DNA of 46,810 bases from an uncultured archaeon (GTDB taxonomy: Archaea; Thermoplasmatota; Penumbrarchaeia; JASLWR01), in assembly GCA_964342815.1 (NCBI GenBank), contig CAYFHS010000034.1, forward strand, positions 1 to 46,810, in the 5' to 3' direction. This document shows positions 1 to 9,900 of the stretch, one piece after another. Position 1 is the first letter of the stretch. Each line of letters opens with the position of its first letter. The notes below the pieces were generated by a model. It did no database searches and was not told where the DNA came from. It saw only the letters and a list, made by a program, of their open reading frames with translations. A program made the translations under genes and the position numbers.

Positions 1-1
1 T

Positions 2-2584
2 AATTAAATGGTTTACATTTTCGATATTTAATAGAATTGATTGTAAAGGATTTTTTATTTGATGAGCAACCCCCGCAGCTAGTTCTCCAATTGATTCTAA
101 TTTTGATTTATGAAAAGTTTTTAGTAATAATTTTTCACGTTCCTCTTTTAAAGCTAGTTGTTCTCTATAATCTCTAATAATTCCCATTGTCGCATAAGCA
201 TTACCTTTAAAGTCTCGTAAGATCATTCCAGATAAAATGATTGGTATTTTATTGCCATCTACATCTTTTAGATTAGTATAGTAATTTCTAATGTATCCCT
301 TCTCTTGTTTCATTTTTTTTAATATATCATTAGCTTCATTTCTTCCTCTCCAGTAAAATTGCTCTATTGTTGAATTTAATATGTCCTTTTTAGATATCCC
401 AAATAATCGCTGGGCTTCCTTATTAATATAAGATATTATTCCATGTTTTTCGGTTTTATAACCCACAATAATGATTGCATCAGGATTGTTATCTAATACT
501 TTTTCATTTAGTCCATGTATTTCAGCATTTTTCAGGGCAATGGATAAATGATTTGAGAGATTTGACAATAAATATAAATCCTTGTCGTTAAATGCATTTT
601 CTTTATAACTACCTAGTATTATATGTCCTTTCAGATTCTCTGGATCATCGATATCAAATATCGGTGAACCAATGATTGAAATCAATTTTTTCTCTTCATC
701 AGTAGATGTTTTTTGGGATAGCCTTGTACGTTTATCATCTTGAATGTTATGACTTATAAAATGATTTTTATTGGTATTGATCCAACCGGTTATACTTTGT
801 TCTGGTATTAAGTGTTCTTCTAATACCTTTTCTGTCTTAATTATATCTGAAAAAAGAGTGTATGTACTCGACCGATCTTTTTTCCAATCAAAAAGGATTA
901 TGTATTTTGTTTCAAATTTTATAATTTCCTTTAGATCAGAAAAAATAGTTTCAAACATTTTCTTTGGTTCAACTTGTTTAAGTGCCATTTTTTGAATTTC
1001 TTCTATCTTTCTATATCTAGTCATATCTTTCGCAATTCCTATACGTCCGATATTCTCCCCTTTAATATTTTTTACTAATGATAGGGTTAAAAATACAGGT
1101 AATAATTGTTTTTCATCTTTCATTGCATTGTTAATTATCCCCTTAAATTCAATCGTTCCCTTTCTTTTTTCCTCAAAATTAGATAAACCTTCAATTCTTG
1201 CCTTTCGGGTAGGGTTAAATATATCTGCGCCTATATAATTCCTTTCTTTAATAATTTCTAATAGTTCTGATTTAGATTCATAGCCATGCATAGTTGCCTG
1301 GGCTGGATTGACATATTTAATCTCACCCGTTGTTTGTTCGGTAATCATAATGCCATCTTCACTAGCTTCGAGAGCATGAAAAGCCAATTCCATTTTCTCT
1401 CTTATTTTATTTTTTTCAGCAATATTTTTTGCAATTCCAATCCGGCCTATAAATTGATTATTAAAATCATGAATATGAAAAAGAGTAAGTTCAATTGGAA
1501 TTAATTTATTATTGGCAGTTAAATTTTGTATTTCGCCACCATATGTAAAATTCTCATCCAAGTCTTCTGAAAGTAGTTTTTTCACTCTAGGAATTCCGGG
1601 ATGTGGATTGAATATACCTGATTGTTTTCCGATCAGAAATTTCTTTGAATAACCATGCATTTCAGTTTGTGCTTTATTTGCATATATTATTATCCCATTT
1701 CTATCAGTTATTAGTACACCATCTTCACTATCTTTTAATGCTTTATATAGTAGATATGCTAGATTGTTTTTTCTCCTCAATTTCTTAAGATTTTCAGAGA
1801 TATTCATAGAATTATTTATACTTTTCACCAAGAAATGATAGTGGACTTTACTAATATCTCTTAAAAATCCTTCTCTGCCTATTATATTACCGTTCACATC
1901 TAAAATCACCCACGAATTTACAGCAATATATATTTCCTCTTGAGATAATGTGATTGCTCTAATAGGATAATTAACAACAAAACCATCCTTATGTAACTTT
2001 TTTATGTATTTCTCATGGTCTAATGGAGATTTATGTGAAATTTTAACAATATCGGAATTTAATATCTCATTAAAATTTTCATAACCAAAAAGGTTTGCAT
2101 AAGCGAGATCACATTTTATTAATCTGTTATTTATATCCGATTGAAAAAAACCACCCGGTAAATTTTTCAGAATTCTACGACTCCTATTTAACTTTTCTTC
2201 TAATTCAATATTTCTAAAATTAATTTCGATTATTTTATATAAATTATTTATAACATTGTTGCGTGGGAGGATACAAATAACCTTATCCATTTCCATCCAA
2301 TTTTCAGACTCGATATTTTCGTCCTCACCCTTAATTACTATTATATTCGGGATTCTATTTACTCTCTCTTTTATAGCGGATAACAATTCATTTTCTTTTA
2401 TTGCAGATGAATCCAACTCAATAATTATTAAATCATAACTCTCTTTGTCTATTTTATTAATTCCCTCTCTTACATTTGTGGCGATATCAACATGATATTT
2501 TGATCCAACCGATTTAAAATATATGTTGATTTCTCCTAGAAGTAAGTCATCTGTCCCTATGATTAATATTTGGCCGACCTTCAT
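2..2584 (-). CDS. Hybrid sensor histidine kinase (degenerate REC - PAS x3 - GAF - PAS - HisKA); C-terminal part truncated by the window edge
   Basis: Manual translation shows an open frame from ATG 2584 to the window edge (MKVGQILIIGTDD...YDLIIIELD...). It has PAS-type segments (DGVLITDRNGIIIYANKA, DGIMITEQTTGEIKYVNPA, DAIIIVG...YINKEA), a GAF-like segment (SIIGSPIF...GHIILGSYKENAFNDKD) and an H-box ELAAGVAHQIKNPLQSI. It is missing from the ORF track because its stop lies outside the window. Confidence 0.9.
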   Translation of the reverse strand, partial: MKVGQILIIGTDDLLLGEINIYFKSVGSKYHVDIATNVREGINKIDKESYDLIIIELDSSAIKENELLSAIKERVNRIPNIIVIKGEDENIESENWMEMDKVICILPRNNVINNLYKIIEINFRNIELEEKLNRSRRILKNLPGGFFQSDINNRLIKCDLAYANLFGYENFNEILNSDIVKISHKSPLDHEKYIKKLHKDGFVVNYPIRAITLSQEEIYIAVNSWVILDVNGNIIGREGFLRDISKVHYHFLVKSINNSMNISENLKKLRRKNNLAYLLYKALKDSEDGVLITDRNGIIIYANKAQTEMHGYSKKFLIGKQSGIFNPHPGIPRVKKLLSEDLDENFTYGGEIQNLTANNKLIPIELTLFHIHDFNNQFIGRIGIAKNIAEKNKIREKMELAFHALEASEDGIMITEQTTGEIKYVNPAQATMHGYESKSELLEIIKERNYIGADIFNPTRKARIEGLSNFEEKRKGTIEFKGIINNAMKDEKQLLPVFLTLSLVKNIKGENIGRIGIAKDMTRYRKIEEIQKMALKQVEPKKMFETIFSDLKEIIKFETKYIILFDWKKDRSSTYTLFSDIIKTEKVLEEHLIPEQSITGWINTNKNHFISHNIQDDKRTRLSQKTSTDEEKKLISIIGSPIFDIDDPENLKGHIILGSYKENAFNDKDLYLLSNLSNHLSIALKNAEIHGLNEKVLDNNPDAIIIVGYKTEKHGIISYINKEAQRLFGISKKDILNSTIEQFYWRGRNEANDILKKMKQEKGYIRNYYTNLKDVDGNKIPIILSGMILRDFKGNAYATMGIIRDYREQLALKEEREKLLLKTFHKSKLESIGELAAGVAHQIKNPLQSILLNIENVNHLI

Positions 2585-2598
2585 TTTGATATATCCCC

Positions 2599-2742
2599 CT
2601 ATTCCTCGTCATTATTTCTCCTTTTCAAGGCAAGTTGAGTATCTAAATCGCATTTTTTCCTGATTCTTTTATATTCTGAATATCTTATATTCCTACGTAG
2701 TCTAAATTCCGGCAGTCTTGGAATTTGATTTATTATACACAT
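2599..2742 (-). CDS. Possible 47-aa basic small protein directly upstream of the kinase
   Basis: ATG..TAG frame MCIINQIPRLPEFRLRRNIRYSEYKRIRKKCDLDTQLALKRRNNDEE with AGGAG upstream; it ends 14 nt before the kinase ATG. No recognisable homology. Confidence 0.25.
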   Translation of the reverse strand: MCIINQIPRLPEFRLRRNIRYSEYKRIRKKCDLDTQLALKRRNNDEE

Positions 2743-2874
2743 CTTATTTCGATTTCTCCTTTTAAATGTTTTGGCATAAAAAATTTATAAAATCTAATCA
2801 GAGTCTTAAGTTTCATAACTCTAAAAATATAATTAATCCCAAGTAGGATGTTTTCTCCATTCTTGATCTAAGTG

Positions 2875-2893
2875 AATATTTGTGTCAAATATT
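2875..2893. promoter_or_regulatory. Perfect 8-bp inverted repeat, candidate operator
   Basis: AATATTTG-TGT-CAAATATT, upstream of the kinase unit. AT-rich, so it may be chance. Confidence 0.25.
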
Positions 2894-3326
2894 ATGATTG
2901 ACTTCGACACTTGTTATCATGTTTTCTACTGAGTGTCTCCTTCGTTCCATAGCAAATTGCTCAGTATATGACATATACGTAAGCTTCCCTGGAAGTGTCA
3001 TCAATCAACGATATATCTGCTGTGCATCTCGCTTACACACCGACCTTATACGACCAAATAAATATATTGTTAAATAGGCAAACTTTAATAAATGTAGAAG
3101 TTTGACCAGTTGATAATATTAGCCGAATCACATCACGGAGGGGCCGATTTTGCTGAATCCAAAAACGCCAACTCCAAAACCAATATCTCATCTTCTGCCC
3201 AGATACGCTAAATCAATGACTCCTTGCCCTTTACGGTTGGTACCATCGACTTAGAGATTCTTTCAGCCGAAAGCTCGCTACCCTCATTTGAGACTGCCCG
3301 ACGGCATTGGGATTTTATTATTCAAT

Positions 3327-6300
3327 CTATTGGATTGGAGGCAGGGGATCCAATTGTCCCTCTGCGGGTGGGCCTGGGGGCCCCTGAGCTGGTGGGCCCT
3401 GATCGTAGGCAGGATAGGCAGGTGCCGCCGGAGCCTGCTGCCAGTTCTCGTTCCCTGCCGGATAGATCGGAGGAGGGACCTGTCCCGTAGGCGAAAGAAT
3501 CTCATCCAGTTCCTCTTTGCCCTTTCCGTCCTTTCCCTTGCGTTTCATAAGGAGGAGTACGGTGATTATGATACCTGCTACCACGATGACAATGACTATT
3601 ATTATCAATATAAGTCCGAATGAGCCGCCCTCTTCCCCTTCTTTGTCCACAACGTCCAGGTAAAAGGTTATAGCCTTACTGTTGTTATCGGCGTCAGTGA
3701 TCGTCAGAGTGATGGTGTAGGTTCCTGCTTTATAGAAGGTATATTCCTTTACCTTGCCCTGAAGATTCTTTTTCACACCGTTATCATTGAAGGACCACTG
3801 GTAGCTCACTATCCCGATATTATCTTCGGAACTGCTGGCATCCAGCCTCACTTTGGTACCTGCCGTAGCCTCGTAATTCCCTTCGTCTCCAATCTCTCCC
3901 CCATCAAGTTTGGCTTCGAGCTTTGGTTTCGTTTTGTCCCATATCTTTACCGTTACCTCATCAATACCGACCTTTCCCGATGTATCCACCACCGTGAGGA
4001 CGACTGAATATTCACCGGCTATATCGAAATCAAATTCAGGTTTGATACCATCAAGTTTCTCGGTTACTTCATCATATGTAAAGCTCCAGGAGTAGCTTTT
4101 GATACCTATGTTGTCGCGGCTACCTCCGGCATCGAGGGTTACTCTATCTCCCTGGTCGTAATTCATATCCCCCCCTGCGTCCGCTATGGGCGGGTCGTCG
4201 TCTCTGACCGGGAGGGTCTTGGAATCCGTGCTTAATTTATTTCCTGCCTTATCCTCAGCATGGTAGGAATAGAATAGATGGGTGGCGCTTGAAGATATAT
4301 TTATCGTGACCCCCCAGCTATTTCCGGCACCCCTCTCCATGGATGTCTTGTTCACGGTGATGTTGTCGAAGGTGTAGCTGATGTTCACATTTGCCACCAT
4401 ATTGTTATCGCTGAATACCGCTACTATATCAAAATTATCTCCAGTTGTGGGATAACCGTCCGGCTCATCAGAAACCAGCTCGGGAGCGTCATCATCCAAA
4501 ATATCCAGGGGGAACCAATCCGTTTCGAGGCTGTTCCCTTTCTCGTCTGAAATGGTGAACGAGGTATTGATGAGCTTTACATCCGACGGGATATCCATTG
4601 AAGTGTTCCATATTTCACCGTCTCCACGACTCGCAGGAAGAAGGATCGTATCTTTCTGCCCCAATTGGTCGAACTTGTAGGTCATGCGAACCGAAGTAAC
4701 ACCAATATTGTCAGTTACCCTCGCTCCTATATCGAAAGTATTGCCGGTTCCTGGAGGCGTGGGGTGATGCAGACCCAGCAGAATGGGTTTGTCGTTGTCT
4801 GTCACAGTAACATTTGTCATGTCGGATTCAAATAATCCACCGGACGTATCTTCAATAAAGATCACATACCGGAGTGGGACCACGCTTTCGTTATCAAGGG
4901 TAATGTTGCCGATCCAGTCCCCTTCGACAAGATCAAGGGAGGTGTTGTCATCCAGTGAACCGTGGCTCCATTTCGCTGTGACCGAACCAACCTCCACGTT
5001 ATCTATTGCGCTTATTTTGAACTGGAAGAGATCGCCCGTTGTGGCGAACACATAGGAATCATCGTCCTGCATGGCAGGAGGGTCGTTATCCTTTACATCG
5101 AGACTTATCAGACCCGATGAGAAAATGTTCTCAGCAATATCCCTTACGTACACCGTGTAGTTAAGCGGATTGCCCCAGGCCCCCAATCTTATTTTCCCTG
5201 TCCAGTGGTTTCCGGTTTTTGTGAGTGAGAGATTGTTGCCCAGATGTTTATGTTTCCAGTCAACGGCGACAGTTGTCACCTTGTCGTTGTCCGAAGCGCT
5301 TATGTTGAAATGAAAGTCATCCCCCGTAGTGCCAAAAGCGTCGGAGTTGTCTGAGTCTATAACAGGAAAGGTAATATCGCGCATTGCGAATCTCACTTCA
5401 TCTTTCCAACCCACGGTATAGCTGACGAATGCATTATCATTATCATCTATGACCAGAGATGAATATCGACCCACATCTCCCATTCCATCCACGATCTCGG
5501 AATGCCACGCATCATCTTTCAGAAATGCGAATTTGAGGTTTTGGCCCGTACCGTCCCGATGGGTTATCATCGGTGTGTCCGATGAGTCAAGAGCGATGGA
5601 AGTATACATCCCGCAATCCCCTTCGGAATCTACGCGGCCGCGGTTCCACTGCGCGCCGTCGTGATAGGTGTATCTCAGGTAACCGTCAGGGGTGCCGTCA
5701 CGATAGCTTATGTGGGGCCGATCATTGGAATCGACATCGATACCCGAGAAAATACCGACTCCGTGGAAATCGTCAGCGGTCTCGTTATTCCATTTTGCTC
5801 CGTCGTGATGGGCATAACCGAGCACCCAGTATGTTACTGCTCCTACGGTAAACGCCTGCAGGTAGCTTATATGAGGTCGATCGTTGGAATCCAGGACCAT
5901 GGATGGCCATTCTCCCACATCTCCATAGGTGTCTATGGTGGTAATGTCCCAGGTAGCGCCGTTGTATTTTGCGTATTTCAGATTTCCACCTAACTCGTCA
6001 TGGTAAGCAATGTGGGGTTTGTTCGTTGAATCCAGTTTGAGAGAGGTTCCCAGTCCAACCGTTCCGGCAGAATCCACTATGCTGGTGGTCCACGTTACAC
6101 CGTTATAATAGGTATATTTCAGGTCTCCGTTTGGCTTGTCATAGTAGCTTATGTGCGGACGGTCCGAGGAGTCCAGGTCAAGAGACGTCCACTCACCTAC
6201 ACCCAGCTGGGAGTCTGCGATTATTTTCACCCACTTACCACCGTCGAGATATGAATAGACCAGATTGGTGGCTGTGGCATTGAAATAGCTTATGTGTGGG

Positions 6301-6551
6301 TCTCCGTCCGAATCCACGGCGAGGGAGGTGAATGATCCTACGTCATCCTTGGTATCAACCAGCTGTGAGCTCCAATGTTTACCTCGGGATTGGGCAGATT
6401 CACCCTGTGGGGTCCGGTCCCATTCCAGTTGGCCCTTCACCGAGGATCGGGACGATTCGCTTGGAGCGAATATAGCGCTGTTTACAAGCACGAACGAGTT
6501 CAATATCATGGCAGTGGTAACAAGTACGATCCATCTCTTCATATGGTACAC
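3327..6551 (-). CDS. Single-pass surface protein: 7-blade beta-propeller, four Ig-like repeats, two PKD domains, TM helix, Pro-rich tail
   Basis: 1074 aa with a signal peptide and an AAGAGGTG RBS. Seven (T/S)SxxxDSxxxPHISY-type repeats, four TTGDxF...DN-type repeats, PKD motifs (SYSWSF, SYQWSF, YTITLTITD), a hydrophobic helix followed by KRKGK, and a PPPIYP/GPPGPP tail. Confidence 0.85.
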   Translation of the reverse strand: MYHMKRWIVLVTTAMILNSFVLVNSAIFAPSESSRSSVKGQLEWDRTPQGESAQSRGKHWSSQLVDTKDDVGSFTSLAVDSDGDPHISYFNATATNLVYSYLDGGKWVKIIADSQLGVGEWTSLDLDSSDRPHISYYDKPNGDLKYTYYNGVTWTTSIVDSAGTVGLGTSLKLDSTNKPHIAYHDELGGNLKYAKYNGATWDITTIDTYGDVGEWPSMVLDSNDRPHISYLQAFTVGAVTYWVLGYAHHDGAKWNNETADDFHGVGIFSGIDVDSNDRPHISYRDGTPDGYLRYTYHDGAQWNRGRVDSEGDCGMYTSIALDSSDTPMITHRDGTGQNLKFAFLKDDAWHSEIVDGMGDVGRYSSLVIDDNDNAFVSYTVGWKDEVRFAMRDITFPVIDSDNSDAFGTTGDDFHFNISASDNDKVTTVAVDWKHKHLGNNLSLTKTGNHWTGKIRLGAWGNPLNYTVYVRDIAENIFSSGLISLDVKDNDPPAMQDDDSYVFATTGDLFQFKISAIDNVEVGSVTAKWSHGSLDDNTSLDLVEGDWIGNITLDNESVVPLRYVIFIEDTSGGLFESDMTNVTVTDNDKPILLGLHHPTPPGTGNTFDIGARVTDNIGVTSVRMTYKFDQLGQKDTILLPASRGDGEIWNTSMDIPSDVKLINTSFTISDEKGNSLETDWFPLDILDDDAPELVSDEPDGYPTTGDNFDIVAVFSDNNMVANVNISYTFDNITVNKTSMERGAGNSWGVTINISSSATHLFYSYHAEDKAGNKLSTDSKTLPVRDDDPPIADAGGDMNYDQGDRVTLDAGGSRDNIGIKSYSWSFTYDEVTEKLDGIKPEFDFDIAGEYSVVLTVVDTSGKVGIDEVTVKIWDKTKPKLEAKLDGGEIGDEGNYEATAGTKVRLDASSSEDNIGIVSYQWSFNDNGVKKNLQGKVKEYTFYKAGTYTITLTITDADNNSKAITFYLDVVDKEGEEGGSFGLILIIIVIVIVVAGIIITVLLLMKRKGKDGKGKEELDEILSPTGQVPPPIYPAGNENWQQAPAAPAYPAYDQGPPAQGPPGPPAEGQLDPLPPIQ

Positions 6552-6925
6552 CTCTTTATAGTTTCATAAATCTCCGGGGGAACTTTTTAAGCACGTAGGA
6601 GCGGCCCCTTTCGCGATATAAATTTAGCTCTCTGTTGTAAACCGTAATAATACGAAATAATTAATGTTTTTTTATCAATTTAAAATCACTGCAGGTCAAA
6701 GTATTGATCATTTTCCAATATTACTCACATTCTAGAATTAAATAGGGCCTACGGCCCCTAAGGCGAACGTCGGCCCAATATAATAATATAAAAGGAGATT
6801 ATAAAATGAGAGTCAGGTTCTCCAAGGTTGGCAATATGTGGACCATAAACTAAGATGGTTTTTTTATTTGGACCATGGTGCCATTGCTATGGTCAGGTCC
6901 ACTCACGCGTCGCAGCTCAAATAAA

Positions 6926-9900
6926 TTAAACTTCAAGAAGACTCTCGGCGCCACAGGTGGGGCAAGCTATCATTAACGGTCTCGTTGTATCCTCTATGGT
7001 CAGAAGAGACTGACAGCTGTAGCACTGTACTGTAACGGGCTCAGCCGCTGCCGGTGGAGCCTGGAGTTGAGCCGCTGCCGGCACCTGTAAGTGTGCCGCC
7101 TTTGCCTGGAGATCGGCCACCTGTGCTTCCAGGGCTGCATATTGTGCGATCACGGCCTGTTTCTCCTGCTCGTCCTGGATCCCGGCAAGTTTCTCTCGGA
7201 CAGCTGCCGCTTCCGCCGTTATTGCCTCGTACTGCTGAGCGATCACCTGGAGTTCGGCAGCAGCATCAGGGCTCTCTTCCACTGCTGTTTCCGCAGCCGC
7301 TTCCGTGGACACAGCTTCTTCTGGGGTTTCTGTAAGCTCTTCCGTTCGTACTGTCTCTTCTGGGGCTTCAGTGGCTTGTTCGGTCTGCTCCGAAGGGGTG
7401 GATTCCGGCTCATTCACCGTTTCCGCGGTCTCCTCGGGAACCTCAATATCCGGTGCCTCCGCAGCCTCAGTTTCAATCTTTTCGCCCGGGCTCTCCTCCG
7501 CTGCGATTTTTTCTTCCGAATCAGCCGTTTCCTGATCTTCTGCGCCAAGTACACTTGTATCTCCCGGGGGCAGTGCCAGCAGCTCCCCTTCTTTTCCGGC
7601 AGCCTCGGGAAGTGCTTTCGCCTTTCTTTTCCTTACTTTTCGCCTTACCCGCCGGGCCACCGTTTTCTTGACTGATTTACCGGCTTCATCACCGCCCTCT
7701 TCGTGAGGAGGAAGGGCAAGAATTTTTTCTGTTACACCAGATTCAAGGCCCGGGGATTCGGGTTCGCTTCCAACAGCAGATCCTTCCGGAGCCAATGATT
7801 CCGTTGTTACCCGGACATCGGTGGTACCGACCGTTGGAGGCACCGGCGATTCTCCCTCCATGGTCCCGCCCTCCGAGGCTTCCTCTCCATCAACTATGAT
7901 ATGCCTTGGAACCGCCATTTCCTCTTCCTTGTCCTTTCGTTTCTTCTTTCTGAAAATTATCAATCCCAGTGCGATTATACATATGATGATCAGAGCTATG
8001 ACGCCGAAAATAAGAGATGCGCCCCTCTCTTCCAGGAATGTCGGCGGGACCTCCTTTTCCGGTTCCCGAACCTTTACGGTCCACGTATAGCTGTCATGAA
8101 CGTCACCGTCATCATTTTCCAGGTGTACCGTGATGTTGAAAGTACCTGTCTTGGTTATGGTCTTCCTGTATCTATCGCTGTGCTGGGACCGGTCCATCAA
8201 ACCGTTCAGATACCAGTTTATATCGTAATCATCGTCCAGAGGATTGGTTACATTGATACTGAGAATTAATTTTTCATCCTTGTAAATGCTTAGGTCGGGG
8301 GGATACATTCCCGGTATCTCGAGAGATGGGAAAATGTTCTTTTTAGCCATGACGGGACCGTAGAATTCCACCTTGTTGTTAAAGTTACCCAGCAGGTCGT
8401 AGATCACAATTGCCACGTAGTATCCCGTATCATCTTTCAATGTTTTCCCCTGATACTTGTCAACCTCGGCATATGTCTCCCCACGCTCCAGCAATTGAGA
8501 CCCGTCCACGCGCTCAGGATAGACCACGAAAGGAGTGTGCAATTGTTTTATCTCTCCTACCCTGCGATCGAAAACGAAGATCTCGTAATACGCAAAATCC
8601 GCCTCTTCGCTCTGGTTCCACTCTACGCTTAGAACACCTCCGGCATCGTCAGGCCTATCGTACACTGAAAGACCTTTAACTTTTTCCGGTGCCACGTTCT
8701 CCCAGCATCTCACAGGTCCAAATGGCATCACTTTTGTTTCATCCTGGTTCCCGGATAGGTCGATGGCTGAAACGGCTATGTAATAGTCACGGCCGTTCTC
8801 GATGGATTCCCCCTTCATTGTCGTGATCTCGGTTGTGATCACGGAGCCGTTCCACCCTGTAGCATCGATTACCATTTCCGGTGTTCTGCCCAGAATGTCC
8901 CCAAAAGTTGTTCTTCTCACGTAGATCTCATAAGCCACCACGTCATCTTCGAGGCTTTTCTCGATCTCTGCTGTTATTGAATTCCCGCCGTCATGTGGGG
9001 TGTCGTAGGCTTCTATGATATAGATTGGATCGGGAGCCATGTTCTCCCTGCAAACCACCGGACCAAAACTTGTCACAGAATAATTCTCATTCCCCAGCCG
9101 GTCAACAGCCGTAACGGCTATCCAGTATTTCTCGTATAGGTCCACCAGGGGTTTGGAGCCGTAATGGTATAATTCGGCCGTCTGGACCGTGATGTTGTCG
9201 ACTGTTGTCTGCACTTCCATCTCGTCCACTCTCTCAAAAGAGCTGTTTGAGATGTAAATGTTGTAGTGGTCGAAATCGGAATCCGATGAACTCCACCATT
9301 TAACGGTAATTGAGCCTCCCTCGTCATCAGGTGTGTCCGAAGCGTTTCTCACCGATACGGGTATCGGGGGTATGTTCTCCAAACTCTCAGTCGGTGATGA
9401 TGAGACCACTTCCTTGTTGTAATTTCCGGAGACGTCCACTGCCACAACTGCAATGTAATAGTCCGTCTCGTCAATTAATTTGTTGGAGTTCATCGTCTTG
9501 ACCATGGTGAAATTCTCGGTGAGACCGTCCATCTCTACCGGAAGTGCATCTACGTTTCTAATCTTCTCGGTGTTCACATAAATCCTGTAGTGGTCGAAAT
9601 CGGGTGCGGTACACGCGTCCCAGGATACCTGGATGCTGCTTCCCTCGTCATTGGGAGTATCGATGGCCATGATGTTTGAGACCTTTTCAGGAGGCAGGTT
9701 ATCTACTGGAATTATCGGGCCAATGATATTGTTGGGTGTGACAGTAAGATTTTCAATACCGGGAATTGATTCGTCTTCGCTGGTGACTCCAAAGAAATAA
9801 CCCTGATCGTTGGTGAGATTGGAGAAGGTCATGTTGGTGGCTGTCACATTGGTGGCAATGGGCTCGAGCACATCCAGCGAAACGATCTGCTCGTCGCTAA

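Noticed and set aside
3130-3320. Cluster of short hairpins downstream of the 1074-aa gene as an ncRNA or IS end
   Set aside because: The stems are only 4-5 bp, no known RNA motif is recognised, and no transposase is nearby.
6549-6567. Near-identical upstream string AAGAGGTGTAC(C)ATATG before the 1074-aa gene and the WD40 gene (about 42374-42389)
   Set aside because: It is mostly explained by the Shine-Dalgarno core plus the start codon.
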